From: a virus
Lineage: Duplodnaviria; Caudoviricetes
Reading direction: 5' to 3' (one strand)
IMG/VR virus record: IMGVR_UViG_3300001598_000036
Location: 32,001-96,000 of that record
Length of the DNA: 64,000 nt
A program made the position numbers and the translations under genes. Position 1 is the first letter of the stretch. Every line of letters starts with the position of its first letter. The notes beneath the pieces are model-generated. The model had not been told where the DNA came from. It searched no databases and worked only from the letters and a program-made list of their open reading frames with translations. Below, in pieces: positions 12,475 through 23,588 of this stretch.

Positions 12475-15393
12475 ATGAATCAAATTTTAGCAACAGGAAG
12501 TATAGTTCTTACAAGAACAGATGGAACTATTACTTATGCGCATATAAGATATTCTCCTAATGCCGATGGGAGCAATATGACAGAGAAACCAAATGACGCA
12601 ACTCGATATATAGGAGTATGTTATAATTCTTCTTCTGAACCTCCTACAGATAAAAATAATTATACTTGAAGTTTAATAAAAGGTAGTAATGGAGAAGACC
12701 CAAAAGAAATTGAAAAATCAGCACCAATATATAAAATATTAGATAAATTTAAAACCATATCTGTATCGGCTTCAGATTGATCTACTAAATATAGTAGATA
12801 TTATATATTAGAAAATAATAGATATAGACAATGTACTATTAATGATGCATGAAGCTCTATTGAAACTTATTACATTATAGATACAGAAGCTCCTATTGCG
12901 CCCACTACAGAAGTTAAAGCTAATAGTCCAGTAGATGGATGAAGTTTAGAAATTCCTACTTATATATATGGTAAACAATATTGAGTATGTTTACAAACAG
13001 TATTCCAAAGTTCTGGAAGTATACCTAATACTGATGACTCTATTACTGGCATGTATTTAGATGAAAATTCTGATACTATAGTTAATACTATAGATGATGA
13101 AAGTATAATAGATAGAACATATTTTGATGCTAATGGTAATTTAATTATTGAATTAAAGGAAGGAGAATATGGAAAACATGAAGACCCAAATGATAATGAA
13201 TATATTAATTCTTCTTATGTAGATGATAATGGACAATTAGTATTAGTTTTAAATAAGTCAGAGATTCCTATATATGAAGATGTGATATGAAGTGAAGTAG
13301 TATTACACGATGGATTAAATGAAGCTAATGAAAAAGCAGCTCTTGCAAAAGATACTTCAGATGATGCTTATACAATGGCAAATGGTTCAGTTGATAAAAT
13401 TATTTATTGATACTGCGCCGCCACTTATGGAGATAATGAAAAATCACCTCGCGCGCCAAATAATACAGCAGGATGATTTAAAGATCCATCTAAAACAGAT
13501 TTTGGTAAACAGATTAAGATTAATAATGAAGTTCAAAAATATAATTATTTGTGAATATATCCTGTTTATTATTATAGAAATGGTACTAATTCAAATGGAA
13601 TTAATCCAAGTACTAGTACAGAATTAAGTAATGATAAAATACAAATTTATGCATCGGTTAGTAATACTATGCTTGGGTTATGAACTTTTTTAGCTGGAGA
13701 TTCTATAGGTGAAGGAGCTACTACTATTAACGGAGGAAATATTACTGCTAATAGTATTACTGCAACTGAAATAGGAACTTTTGGTAATTTTACGATAGAT
13801 ACTGATTCTATACACAATCCATCCACTAAGAATACTTTTGATAATAATGAAGAAGGAATTTATATTAGTGGAACTAATGGAATTAAATTAAATGCTCCAA
13901 ATAATATAGAATTTTCAGTAAATTCTTCTACTGGATTATTAACGGCTAATAATGCTAATATTATAGGAAATTTATATGCAGATAAAGGATATATTGGTGG
14001 AAATAATGGATTCATAATTGATACAAATAAAATATATAGAAATAAATCTACATTAAAAAGTAGTGATGGTGGTATTTATTTAGGAACAGATGGTATTAGT
14101 GTTACTACTAGTGGTACATATTCTTATAATAATATTAGTGGATATAGTAGTAAAAGTTTTATAAAAGATGGAGATTATTATAAATCTAATTTTACTTCTA
14201 ATTCTACAGATTTTACAATAGGAAAAATTTCTTTATCGGAAATATCTAGTGGTGATATAATTACAGTTTTTTATGAAATTTGTGGAGATAGTAATAGCAC
14301 TGCTATTTTTGGTAATTTAGGAGTTAATAGTGGAACTGGTAATAATACAATAAAAACTAATACTACTATTGATAGTACCCAAATTTGTACTCAAGTAAAT
14401 TGTAGTTCTGGAGGAAGTGTTAAAACTGGTCAAATATCTTATACCGCTGTTGAAAATGCTAATTATAATTTTTTTATAGTAAAAATAGTAGGAAATAAGA
14501 ATTCATATGTAAAGTTTACTTTATCTGTTGGAGTTACAAATCAAGAATATACTACAACAATTACTAATGGGATACTTTATACTAATAAAATAATTGCTAC
14601 TGATTGCGAATTTAGTGGTAATATTAATGTTAACAATGGAGTGTTTAAAGTTGATTCCGCGGGTAATTTAGTTGCACAAAAAGCCACTATTACTGGAACT
14701 GTTAATGCTACCAATGGAGTCTTTAATAATTGTACTATTGGAAATAGTTGTACGATTAATGGTGATATAACAGCAAATCAAATTACTAGTGGAACTTTAA
14801 ATTGTGGTAATTTAACAATTAGTAATTTAACTGCGGATGATATTAAAAGTGGAACATTAGATTTAACAGAAGGAATTGCTATTGGAGGGAAAAACTGCGC
14901 TACTACTATTAATCAAAATTCAATTGTTTTTGATAATGGTTCATCTTATACCGGAATAGGAGTATCTGGATTACAAGCTAGTATTAGAAAATGATCTAGT
15001 GTTACCATTAGTGATGGTGGAAGTAATGCAACATCTAACCCTCATATACTAGCTTTTCAAAGTTTCGGACCTATTATATTTATCAGAATATATGCTACTT
15101 TTAATAAAAATAGTTATAGTGCTTCTACATGATATCATGTAGCTACTATAAAAAATGCTCCTTTACCAAATACTACTTATTATAGTTGTACTAAAAGTGG
15201 AACAAGAATAATGAGATATTATATTAATTCATCAGGACAAATTTATGCTAGTCCTTCTGGAAGTGGTTATACTACTAAAAAAGCCGTTACTAAATATGCA
15301 AATTTTTGATATTTTTCTAATGATATAGCTTCTAAATATCCAATATCCTTTGATGACGGAGAAGAAGATGATGATGATGATGAAACAGAATAA
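12475..15393 (+). CDS. Tail fibre/spike protein, 972 aa (TGA=Trp)
   Basis: ORFs 12475, 13051 and 14641 share a frame; YAHIRYS...YIGV...YTWSLIKG and TTINGGNITANSITA tail motifs; acidic C-terminus; TAA 15391-15393. Confidence 0.75.
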
Positions 15394-15447
15394 TATATAG
15401 TCAAAACTATTCTAACCCAAACCTCTATACTGTTCTCTCTCAAACGC

Positions 15448-15462
15448 CACTTATAAAAGGAA
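15448..15462 (+). promoter_or_regulatory. Putative late promoter motif (variant CACTTATAAAAGGAA)
   Basis: Partial match to the repeated motif, ~25 nt before the start of 15486. Confidence 0.4.
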
Positions 15463-15485
15463 TAAAAAAAAGGAGGAATTAATAT

Positions 15486-15818
15486 ATGTTAGCACGCGGA
15501 AACACTTGTTTCAAAGCAATTCCTATTCCAGATTTCGATGCTACAATTGAAACACTCTACGTAACTTTTGTCCAAAATGATTATGTAGTACTCGAAAAAA
15601 ATCTAAATGATGTAACATTTGATAAGCTGGAAACAGACACAAATCACGTTATTGTACGTTTAGTACAAAGTGAAACATTAAAATTTAAATATACTGGAAT
15701 TCCTTCTAAAGATGCAATAAAAGTACAATTACGTCTTAGGACTGATGATAACGAAGCATATAGTAGTTCGATAATGGTAGAACAATTATATGATGCATTA
15801 AAAGGAGGATTAGTATAA
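15486..15818 (+). CDS. Baseplate upper/BppU-like small structural protein
   Basis: ORF with SD; LYVTFVQ...LVQSETLKF...VQLRL pattern; tail context. Confidence 0.55.
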   Translation: MLARGNTCFKAIPIPDFDATIETLYVTFVQNDYVVLEKNLNDVTFDKLETDTNHVIVRLVQSETLKFKYTGIPSKDAIKVQLRLRTDDNEAYSSSIMVEQLYDALKGGLV

Positions 15819-15982
15819 TGGCTAGTGAAATTACTTTTGATAAAAATAGTCACGTATTTCAAACATATATGAAAAACGGAACATACAATCCTGTTGGTGA
15901 TATGATAGTTTATGATGGCGGTTCTGTAACCGATGAAGGACCGGAAGATATTTACGATGGCGGCAGCGTCACTGATGAATAA
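15818..15982 (+). CDS. Small hypothetical protein (54 aa) with duplicated YDGGSVTDE
   Basis: TAATG coupling, SD GGAGG; internal 9-aa repeat. Confidence 0.6.
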   Translation: MASEITFDKNSHVFQTYMKNGTYNPVGDMIVYDGGSVTDEGPEDIYDGGSVTDE

Positions 15983-15992
15983 GGAGGAATAA

Positions 15993-16373
15993 ATGGCTAC
16001 AAAAGTTATTAAAGCGACTCTACGTTTTAAAAGAGGTACCGCCGCAGAGTGAATAACTATTAATCCAGTTCTCAAATTAGGAGAACCTGGATATGTAACT
16101 GACTTAAACAAATTAAAAGTTGGTAATGGTCAAGATGTTTGGACTGAATTACCATATTTAGCTGGTGGTGGAACCGAATCAATCGCGGCAGATAATAAAT
16201 CACTTGAAATTTATTTAAATGATGATACACCTACGCTTCGTATAAAAGATTTTAACGAAGCTGAAGCAGGAGAAATCCCGCAGAAAACAGTTGGCGGAAG
16301 CATCGAATGGGTAAACATAAGTGATTTTATGGGAACTATTAGCGAAACTGAGATTCGCGAAATTTGTCAATAA
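15993..16373 (+). CDS. Mtd/hyaluronidase N-terminal-like domain protein (TGA=Trp)
   Basis: KRGTAAE[TGA=W]ITINPVLKLGEPGYVTDLNKLKVGNG..W.ELPY, a known phage fibre-attachment motif whose conserved Trp falls on TGA. Confidence 0.75.
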
Positions 16374-16394
16374 CCAAAAGGAGATAATGCAAAA

Positions 16395-16802
16395 ATGGCT
16401 GAGAAATTTTTGAACAAAGAAGGATTATCTACCCTTTGGTCGATAATCAAAGAAAAAGACCTTAAATTAGAAGGCGATATTAAACAGATTGTAAATCTTG
16501 GTTATTTTTATGAGAATGAATTCTATACTGACCAAGAACATTTACATAAATATGTACCTTATTCGTATAAATTATATATTGAGATTAGTACTCACGTAGT
16601 TTATGCGTATATAAATAATCAATACGTAGCAGTAGGCTCTATGCCTGGGCAGGCAGATGAAACTCATGCTGGTATTGCTAAATTATATGACGCGAAAGGT
16701 GCTAATACTGATGGATCAATGACACAAAAAAGTGTTACTAATTATATCAATGATAAAGTAGGCGCAGAAATTCAAGAAGAACTTCTCGTCTTAACACGTT
16801 AA
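16395..16802 (+). CDS. Structural/fibre-associated protein
   Basis: ORF; FLNKEGLSTLW and AGIAKLY..GANTDGSMTQK motifs common in phage fibres. Confidence 0.65.
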   Translation: MAEKFLNKEGLSTLWSIIKEKDLKLEGDIKQIVNLGYFYENEFYTDQEHLHKYVPYSYKLYIEISTHVVYAYINNQYVAVGSMPGQADETHAGIAKLYDAKGANTDGSMTQKSVTNYINDKVGAEIQEELLVLTR

Positions 16803-16838
16803 TACTTTAAAAAATTTTTTAAGGAGATTAAATTAATT

Positions 16839-18212
16839 ATGGCTGATATTAGTAAAATTAAGATTGGCGAAGGTGATGCGGTCAATTTAAAGGACGCTGC
16901 AGCTAGAGGAGATATCTCAACTCTCGTTGGAAGCCATTCAGTTGCCGCTCTTGGCGATGCTGCTTGGAAGGATATTGCTAGTGCTATTACTACTACAGAA
17001 ACAGGTCTCGCAACTGGTAAACAGGTTTACGATGCTATCCAAGGTATTGGACAGGCTCTTCACTTTGTTGGTATTGCTACTCAGCAAGAAGGCGAAACCG
17101 AACTTCAGGCTGTAGAAAGAACTTTCCCTGCTGCTCAGCAAACAGCTGGCGCAATCGCTATCTGCGGAGAAAAAGAATTTATCTGCGCTGGAAATGGAAC
17201 GGGCGGCGCAATGAAGTGGAATGAATTTGGTGATGTAAGTGCTTATGAAACTAAGGCTCACGCTGAAGCTACTTATACTCCAATGACAAGAACAATTGCA
17301 GGAGTTGATTTAGCAGATAATATCACTGCTACTGAAATGAAGACTGCATTAGAACTGAAGGGCCTTGCTTTTAAGGATAGTGCTTCTGGTTCAATTTCAA
17401 CTGCTGACAGTGGTACTGTTTCAGTTGGTAAAGCTGGAGATTATAATGTAAGCGCTCAGACAGTTGATGTTCCTGATACTTACAATGCTCTGGATGTAAC
17501 TCCTGCTGGTACAGTTGAAGTTACTAAGTCAAGTGCTGCTACTGCTTCATACAAGAAGACAACTGGTGTTACTGTAAGTGGAGCTACTGCAACTGGAGAA
17601 CAAACTCCTAACTATACTCCTGCTGGAACAGTTTCAAAACCAAATGTGACTGCTTCACTGACTCTTGCTGAGGGTTCAGTTGCTACTGTAACTGATGCTG
17701 GTACAGGATACTCATTAAGCGCTGGTAAGATTGAAGCTGATTCTGATACAAAAGCTAAATTCGTACAGGAAGCTGTTGTAATGCACGTTGGTGATACAAC
17801 TAAGTCAGAAGATGCAGAATGTCTGTATGTAGTAGCTGCTGAAAAGGGTGATGCTGTTACTGCTTCAAAAACTTGGACACTTACTAATCCAACTCTGAGC
17901 GGATCACTTCCAACATTCGGTTCAAAAGACGTTGTTATTAAAACTGGTACAAGTGTTGCTGCTGAACTGGCTGCTGCACCTACATTCACAGGTTCAGGCG
18001 CGGTTCTGAGCGCAGAAGCTGTTCTGTTAGATGCTGATGCAACTGTTACAGATGCTGTTTATACTGCAAGCTTCAGTGGTACTGCTGCTAAAGTTACTCC
18101 TTCAGTTAAGACTACTAAGAGTGGTGCAGTATCAACTGGTAGTGTTACTGTTGATAGTGAAACTGCAAACGTTACTCTGAGCACAAGTGCAAAGACTGTT
18201 ACTGTTTCTTAA
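16839..18212 (+). CDS. Abundant fibre/decoration-like protein (Ala/Thr/Ser-rich), 457 aa
   Basis: ORF; TPAGTVS/PTFTGS repeats; codon usage of a highly expressed gene; Trp only as TGG; followed by a terminator. Confidence 0.7.
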   Translation: MADISKIKIGEGDAVNLKDAAARGDISTLVGSHSVAALGDAAWKDIASAITTTETGLATGKQVYDAIQGIGQALHFVGIATQQEGETELQAVERTFPAAQQTAGAIAICGEKEFICAGNGTGGAMKWNEFGDVSAYETKAHAEATYTPMTRTIAGVDLADNITATEMKTALELKGLAFKDSASGSISTADSGTVSVGKAGDYNVSAQTVDVPDTYNALDVTPAGTVEVTKSSAATASYKKTTGVTVSGATATGEQTPNYTPAGTVSKPNVTASLTLAEGSVATVTDAGTGYSLSAGKIEADSDTKAKFVQEAVVMHVGDTTKSEDAECLYVVAAEKGDAVTASKTWTLTNPTLSGSLPTFGSKDVVIKTGTSVAAELAAAPTFTGSGAVLSAEAVLLDADATVTDAVYTASFSGTAAKVTPSVKTTKSGAVSTGSVTVDSETANVTLSTSAKTVTVS

Positions 18213-18232
18213 TCCGAACAATAATGTGTTTT

Positions 18233-18261
18233 ATGAGAGGAATGGAAACATTCCTCTCTTT
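18233..18261 (+). terminator. Intrinsic terminator
   Basis: GAGAGGAATG-GAAA-CATTCCTCTC followed by T-run. Confidence 0.7.
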
Positions 18262-18276
18262 ATTTAGGAGAATATT

Positions 18277-18411
18277 ATGGATATTTCAAAGATTCAAATG
18301 CCTAATGGAGAAGAATATAATATTAAAGACGCAGAAGTGCGCCATATGATAGCAGTTTTATTAGGTCAAGAATCTAATGAAACTAATGAAGATAAAGGAG
18401 AAGAAGAATAA
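18277..18411 (+). CDS. 44-aa protein consisting mainly of the shared DISKI..Y.IKD N-terminal module
   Basis: SD AGGAG; MDISKIQMPNGEEYNIKDAEVR; stop overlaps next ATG. Confidence 0.65.
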   Translation: MDISKIQMPNGEEYNIKDAEVRHMIAVLLGQESNETNEDKGEEE

Positions 18412-19550
18412 TGGCTGATATATCGAAAATTAAATTACCGGGTATGACCGATGCGTATAATGTCAAAGATACAACAGCTAGAACTAATGCAGCAACTGCT
18501 CAATCAACTGCAGAAGCAAAAGTAGCTAAATCTGGCGACACAATGACTGGCGCATTAGTACTTAGTGGAGCGCCAACAGAAAATCTTCACGCTTCAACTA
18601 AAAAATATGTAGATGATGCAATTGCTGGAATTTCTGGCGGAATGATATTCAAAGGTACTTTAGGTACTGGTGGTACAATTTCTACTTTACCTGCTGCAGC
18701 TGCCGCAAATAAAGGACATATGTATAAAGTAATAACTGATGGTACATATGCTGGAATTGCTGCTAAAGTAGGAGATTTATTTATTTCAGATGGTAGTACT
18801 TGGGTTCATATTCCATCTGGTGATGAACCAAGTGGAACAGTTACTAATATAGCAACTGGAACTGGATTAACAGGTGGTCCTATTACTACTAGTGGAACAA
18901 TTGCTATTGATGAAAATGTAGTAGCTAAAAAAGGTGATGGAATTACAGGTACTGTAACTCCATTAGGTTCAAATGCTGCTTCAAGTGTATCATTTAGTGG
19001 TACTGTAGCAAGCGCAAGTTCATTAAAGACTGCTGGTTCAGCTGGTACTATGGCCGCCATAGATGTTTCTAAGTTTAATGGAGGTACCCCAACTGCCGTT
19101 ACAATGGCTACTATTGATACTACTAAATTTAGTGGCGGTTCATTAAGTGCTGGTTCATTTAATGGTGGTTCTGGTTCATTTACACAAGGAGCTGATGAAT
19201 ATCAAACTACTACTTATGATGTAACCAATGAAGTATTGACGATTACTGCTGGCTCATTTACTCAAGGAACTGATAGTCATACTCATACTGCGGCAACCCA
19301 TACTCAGGGTACTCTTACACCAGCTGCACTTGGGACTGGATTCTACACTGCTGGTTCAGTTACTGATGGTACTGCTGCAAGTCTTGGAGCTGGATTCTAT
19401 ACTGCTGGTACTGCTCCAACAATGCCAACATTTGATACTATTTCAAATATTGTTACTAAGAATACAACAGCTACTGCTGCTGCTCAAACATTTAGTGGTT
19501 CTGAAAGTACTGTTAGTGGTACTATTAATCTTCCACCTAGTATTGAATAA
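18411..19550 (+). CDS. Fibre/decoration-like protein, 379 aa
   Basis: KVAKSGDTMTGAL..HASTKKYVD and GTVTNIATGTGLTGGPITTSGTI fibre motifs. Confidence 0.7.
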   Translation: MADISKIKLPGMTDAYNVKDTTARTNAATAQSTAEAKVAKSGDTMTGALVLSGAPTENLHASTKKYVDDAIAGISGGMIFKGTLGTGGTISTLPAAAAANKGHMYKVITDGTYAGIAAKVGDLFISDGSTWVHIPSGDEPSGTVTNIATGTGLTGGPITTSGTIAIDENVVAKKGDGITGTVTPLGSNAASSVSFSGTVASASSLKTAGSAGTMAAIDVSKFNGGTPTAVTMATIDTTKFSGGSLSAGSFNGGSGSFTQGADEYQTTTYDVTNEVLTITAGSFTQGTDSHTHTAATHTQGTLTPAALGTGFYTAGSVTDGTAASLGAGFYTAGTAPTMPTFDTISNIVTKNTTATAAAQTFSGSESTVSGTINLPPSIE

Positions 19551-19559
19551 TAATTTATG

Positions 19560-19592
19560 AAGAGATTGGATTTATTTCCAATCTCTTTTTTT
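19560..19592 (+). terminator. Intrinsic terminator
   Basis: AGAGATTGGA-TTTATT-TCCAATCTCT followed by T-run. Confidence 0.75.
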
Positions 19593-19721
19593 ATTTCGTT
19601 GGCGGCCGTCACAAAATTATGTACGAATTGTAGCCTATGTTTAGGACGTAGCGATCGGCCGCACCCAACGTAATTCTACTACATAAAACAATAAAAAAAT
19701 ATACGCATATAAAACTAATTC

Positions 19722-19737
19722 CTACTTATAAATAGAA
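19722..19737 (+). promoter_or_regulatory. Putative late promoter CTACTTATAAATAGAA
   Basis: Identical 16-mer on the - strand at 52893-52908 and close variants elsewhere. Confidence 0.6.
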
Positions 19738-19866
19738 GATTTGAAAACGATAATCTCAATTAAAATTCTTTTTACCTTTGGAACTGATTATGCGTAGAAG
19801 ATATATACACTACAAATGACATTATAATTCCAAAGGATAATAATGTCTTTTTTTATAGGAGAAATT

Positions 19867-20106
19867 ATGGCAAAGAATATAAAAACATATAAATCTGATA
19901 TAGTTGAAAACTGAGAAAAAGCAAAAAACTTTAGACCTAAACCAGGAGAACTAATCTGTTATTCTGATATACAACAATTTAAAATCGGAGAGCAAGATGA
20001 TACAAAAGAAGAAGGAATAGGAAAATTACTATCAGATTTAGAGTTTCTAGTTAAAGAAACAGAATATAATTATACAGTTAAAGAAAATATATTAATTATT
20101 AAATAG
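19867..20106 (+). CDS. Small Mtd-N-like structural protein (TGA=Trp)
   Basis: DIVEN[W]EKAKNFRPKPGELICYSD...FKIG motif; SD AGGAG. Confidence 0.65.
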
Positions 20107-20116
20107 GAGGAAAATA

Positions 20117-20596
20117 ATGGCAAATATATCACAAATTAAATTGCCTAATAATGATACGGTATATGATATAAAAGATGCAAATGCCATTTCAAAGAATTTA
20201 GGAATAGCGGCAGGAGATATAATTTATTTTACTAATACTTCTACTCCTGCTCGATTACCAAAAGGCACTAATGATCAAGTATTAACTTTAAAAAATGGTT
20301 TACCTGCTTGAGCAAATTCTACAGGAGGAGCTCAAGTTATAACATTAACTAATTTAACTATTACTACTAGTGATTGAAGTAGTGATTTAACATATGCAGC
20401 GTATCCTTATAAAGCTACTATTAATGCAAGTGGAGTGGATAATACTTTTACTCCAGAAATTATTTTATCAGTTGATGATGCTACAGAAGGTATTATTGCA
20501 CCAGTAGCATTAAGTGGAAATAGTAGTGTATCTTTATATGCTTCTGAATTGCCAACTAAATCTATAACTATAGCTACTGCGTTATTTATTAAATAA
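20117..20596 (+). CDS. Fibre-associated protein, 159 aa (TGA=Trp)
   Basis: AGDIIY...PARLPKGTNDQVL...PA[W] motif; shared N-terminal module; C-terminus resembles that of 10051-12462. Confidence 0.7.
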
Positions 20597-20607
20597 AGGA
20601 GAATAAA

Positions 20608-21444
20608 ATGTTAGGAGATGTTTCTACTTTTAATATTTCTGAAAAGAGATTAGTTAAAATATTAATCACTAATTTACCGAATAAGACTAATTATATTCAT
20701 GGAGAAATATTAGATTTAACAGGATTAGAAATTAGAGCATTATATAATTATGGTTCTTCACAAATTATTAATAATTATATTACTTCTCCAGCATCGGGAG
20801 CTTCGGTATCAACTAATGATACAAAAGTTGTTGTAAGTTATACAGAAAATAATATTACGTGTACTGCGGAATTTAATATTAATGTAAGACGACAGTTGAG
20901 TAGTATTCAATTATCTGGAACATATACTACATCATATTATGCTGGAGATGAATTAGATTTAGATGGGTTAGTAGTAACTGCTTATTATAATAATAATACA
21001 TCTCAAATTGTAACTAATTATACTTCTTCTCCAGTAGAAGGTACTATATTAACTACTTCTACAACTAATGTTATTATTTCTTATAGCGAAGAATCTGTTA
21101 CTAAAACAGCTCAATATAATATTACAGTAGAAGATCCAGTTAGAACAATTACTATTTCAGGAACAGGAAATAGTAGTTATTGTTATGTTAGTATTGATGG
21201 GTCAAAGAAAACTGCTTCAGGAAGCTATACAGTGGATAAAGGAGATACAATTATTTTCGGTGTATATGGTAGAAGCAGTACTTATTATGGAGAAGTAAAA
21301 ATTGATGACACACAAGTACTAAAAGTTACTAATCAAACAACTAAAACTTATAATTATATAGTAAATAATAATTTAACAATATCTTTATCTTATACTTCTA
21401 GTAGTTCAACTCGAAGAGGAAGAATTACTGTAATAACTTCATAA
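20608..21444 (+). CDS. Bacterial Ig-like domain protein
   Basis: Two P.KT.Y..GE.LDLTGL.V.A.Y repeats (Big_3-like). Confidence 0.75.
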   Translation: MLGDVSTFNISEKRLVKILITNLPNKTNYIHGEILDLTGLEIRALYNYGSSQIINNYITSPASGASVSTNDTKVVVSYTENNITCTAEFNINVRRQLSSIQLSGTYTTSYYAGDELDLDGLVVTAYYNNNTSQIVTNYTSSPVEGTILTTSTTNVIISYSEESVTKTAQYNITVEDPVRTITISGTGNSSYCYVSIDGSKKTASGSYTVDKGDTIIFGVYGRSSTYYGEVKIDDTQVLKVTNQTTKTYNYIVNNNLTISLSYTSSSSTRRGRITVITS

Positions 21445-21457
21445 AGAGGAGAAAACA

Positions 21458-23515
21458 ATGATAGGAAGAACAAACGCAGGAGGAAATGCAGCAAATACTA
21501 TTACTAGTATAATTATTACAACTCCTCCTACTAAAACAGTCTATAATGCTGGAGAAACAGTTGATTTAACTGGTATTATAGTAAAAGCAAATTGAAAAGA
21601 TGGCTCGCAAGAAACTATAACAAATTCTTGCACTTTTAATCCAGCTAGTGGTACAGTTATTTATGAAACAACTACTTCTATTGATATTTCATACTATGAT
21701 AAAATTACAGGAGTAACATTTAGAGCTTCACAAGATATTACTGTAAATAGAATACCTAATTCATTAGTAATTGTTTCAGAACCCACTAAAACTGAATACG
21801 AAGCTGGAGAAACTTTAGATTTAACAGGATTAATAGTAAAAATAATATACAACTCAGGAGCAGAAAATACTACAAGTAATTATACAACAAGTCCTGCAGG
21901 AGGAAGTGAATTAACAGGCGGTACAAGTAGCGTTTTAGTTAGTTATACAGAAAATAGTATTACAGTAAGTAATAGTTTTAATATTACTGTAAATATTGGT
22001 ATAGCTTTATGGAGTGATCCAAATGCTACAACAGCTGATTTATTAGCTACCATCGCAAAAGCAGAAAGTGGAAAAATTGATTTGTCTACTTATTGAAGTA
22101 TTGGTGATACGAGAACAGTTACACTTCCGGCGATTTCGACTACTTCGGGTACTTATGATGGTATTAATTGAAGTGTTGGAGAGACTCATACTTCGCAAAA
22201 AATTGATTTAGTATTGATGGATTACTTGCCTAATGGATTTAGTATTGATGGTTATAAACCATTGTATGTAGTAGGAATGAAAGATTCATTAGCTACTAAG
22301 GGATATATGAATTCATCAGACACTAATACTGGTGGTTGAAATTCTTCTAAACGTAGAGGATGATGTAATCAAGCATTTAAAACTGCTATTGATTCTGTAT
22401 TATCTGGAATTTTTAAACAGTTTAGTTGACAAACTGGTATTGGTGGAGGGGCATCTTCTGGATTGCAGAATGCTTGTAGTGATTATTTTGGGTTAACGCC
22501 AGAAAAATGTATATTTGGTTCTAGGAGTTATTCTATTACCGATGAAGCGAACTTATTTAATCAATGAGAATATTATACTACTTCATCAAATAGGATTAAA
22601 AAATTAGGTAAAACTGGTTCCACTACCAGTTGGTGAGAGTGTTCTCCTTCTTCAGGGAACTCCGACCGTTTCTGTTATGTCGACTACAACGGTTCCGCCT
22701 ACGGTTACATTGCGAGCGGTGCTAGTGGCTTAGCGCCTTTCGGCTGTATCGGCAAATCTACTACGATTGCTCCAAAATCATTCGCAAGTGCTACTGACGC
22801 AGAAATCACTGCGATGGTCGCCGCCCATGACGCTGGCCAAATCGATTTAACAGAAATTTGAAGCGTTGGTGACCAACGTACAGTTCAACTTTCTGCTATG
22901 ACAGCTACTGGCGTTGGAGAATCGCATGTAGCACAAAGTCAGACATTGGTGTTGATGGATTCTACATGTGATGGATTTACGATTACAGGAACGAATAAGA
23001 AACCAACTTTTATTGTTGGATTGAAGAATTTTTTAGCGAAGGGAACTAGTGAAGAATATGGATATATGAATTCAACCGATACTAATACTGGAGGATGAAA
23101 TTCTTGCGCTAGAAGAACTTGGTGTAATAATGTGTTTAAAAATGCTTTACCAAGTGCATTATTACCAGCATTTAAACAATTTACTTGGCAAATAGGTAGA
23201 GGTGGAGGAGCTACTTCTGGATTAATATCTTCTGATGATTATTTTGCTTTACCTCCGGGAAAAGCAATATTTGGTAGTACAACCCATTATGCTCAAACTG
23301 ATGAAGATAATTTATTTAATCAATGAGAATATTATACTACTAGTGCTAATAGAAAAAAATATCCAGGAGACAGTAGTACTTCCGCTGACTATTGGTGAGA
23401 GTGTTCTCCTTGTTCAGGGGACTCCTACGGTTTCTGTTATGTCGCCTACACCGGTGGCGCCGACTATTACTATGCGAGCGATACTAGTGGCTTAGCGCCT
23501 TTCGGCTGTATCTAA
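21458..23515 (+). CDS. DGR target: two Ig-like domains plus two tandem C-type-lectin-like domains each ending in a VR, 685 aa (TGA=Trp)
   Basis: One frame through many TGA codons from ATG 21458 to TAA 23513-23515; duplicated GYMNS.DTNTGGW...WWECSP...GLAPFGCI domains. Confidence 0.85.
22619..22750 (+). repeat. DGR variable repeat VR1 (internal)
   Basis: Aligns without gaps to 23381-23512 and 24032-24163; differences mainly at codon positions 1-2 of NNC/NNT codons. Confidence 0.85.
23381..23512 (+). repeat. DGR variable repeat VR2 (C-terminal)
   Basis: As VR1; ends immediately before the stop codon. Confidence 0.88.
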
Positions 23516-23527
23516 AATCTACTAAAT

Positions 23528-23543
23528 CTACTTATACGTAGAA
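23528..23543 (+). promoter_or_regulatory. Putative late promoter (CTACTTATACGTAGAA) for avd-TR-RT, overlapping a small hairpin 3' of VR2
   Basis: Match to the repeated motif; TCTAC-ttatac-GTAGA inverted repeat. Confidence 0.5.
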
Positions 23544-23588
23544 AATAAATTCGTTATAACTTATTAAAAAGCAATATAAATCTAAATT

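Noticed and set aside
13319-13627. Alternate-frame or antisense ORFs (e.g. 13319, 15644, 16927, 16938, 17612, 19330, 23235, 36259-37894, 48981, 50412, 55821, 58765)
   Set aside because: Shadows of longer genes in other frames; no independent SD or motifs
2-15393. Fragmented tail ORFs as pseudogenes of a decayed prophage
   Set aside because: Breaks are in-frame TGA at Trp positions, with no frameshifts or internal TAA/TAG seen
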